Of a stretch of 64,000 nt of DNA, positions 63,781 through 64,000 are shown piece by piece; within the stretch, counting starts at the first letter, position 1; every line of letters starts with the position of its first letter. Below the pieces are notes generated by a model that had not been told where the DNA came from, made no database searches, and saw nothing but the letters and a program-made list of their open reading frames with translations. The position numbers were made by a program, and so were the translations under genes. The DNA comes from Marsupella aquatica (Eukaryota; Plantae; Marchantiophyta), in the NCBI GenBank assembly GCA_973895155.1, contig OZ316899.1, positions 3,307,455-3,371,454 of the forward strand, read 5' to 3'.

Positions 63781-64000
63781 TGTGGTAAGCTCTCAATTGT
63801 AGATCCTTATCCCGACTCTAGAGAAGAAGGCATCCACATCCTCATGAGTGTGCCCCACCATCAAAAAGGAAAGAGTTATTGACTCAAACACTCCTCTTAG
63901 AACAAGCTTGCTACAGAAAGCCAGAATTGTTTGGTTCTTGTTATCCTTTCCCGAGTTATCAAGTTGAAGGTGGAGGTGTCGAGGAAGCGCCTTGAAGGGT
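63781..64000. repeat. putative LTR terminus interrupting the DUF7869-like ORF
   Basis: TGTGGTAAGC at the coding breakpoint; runs off the window. Confidence 0.4.

Overview
The window is almost entirely nested, decaying plant transposable elements. I recognise no host gene, rRNA, tRNA gene or CRISPR array. The host is probably a non-seed land plant such as a liverwort or moss; this is an inference from the TE lineages, the plant tRNA-Asn-type primer site and the CG/CHG C-to-T decay. It holds four non-chromovirus Ty3/gypsy elements with gag-pol sequence plus related LTR fragments, two Bianca-type Ty1/copia elements, two CACTA pieces, a 5'-truncated LINE with a TSD, a solo LTR, and a DUF7869-like transposon remnant. 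The main finding is a 10.7-kb Mutator-like DNA transposon (26935-37679, 8-bp TSD). On the minus strand it encodes a GCM/WRKY-finger-DDE-SWIM transposase. Divergently from that it carries a spliced gene fusing a ParB-like domain to a beta-class N4/N6 DNA-methyltransferase fold. Its introns and intergenic spacers hold 16 copies of the palindrome AGCGCC-N-GGCGCT, and a 373-bp non-autonomous relative keeps one more. A second unusual feature is a gypsy family whose roughly 4-kb LTR appears to contain a protein-coding gene of about 850 aa. All coordinates and counts were made by eye and may be off by a few bases.
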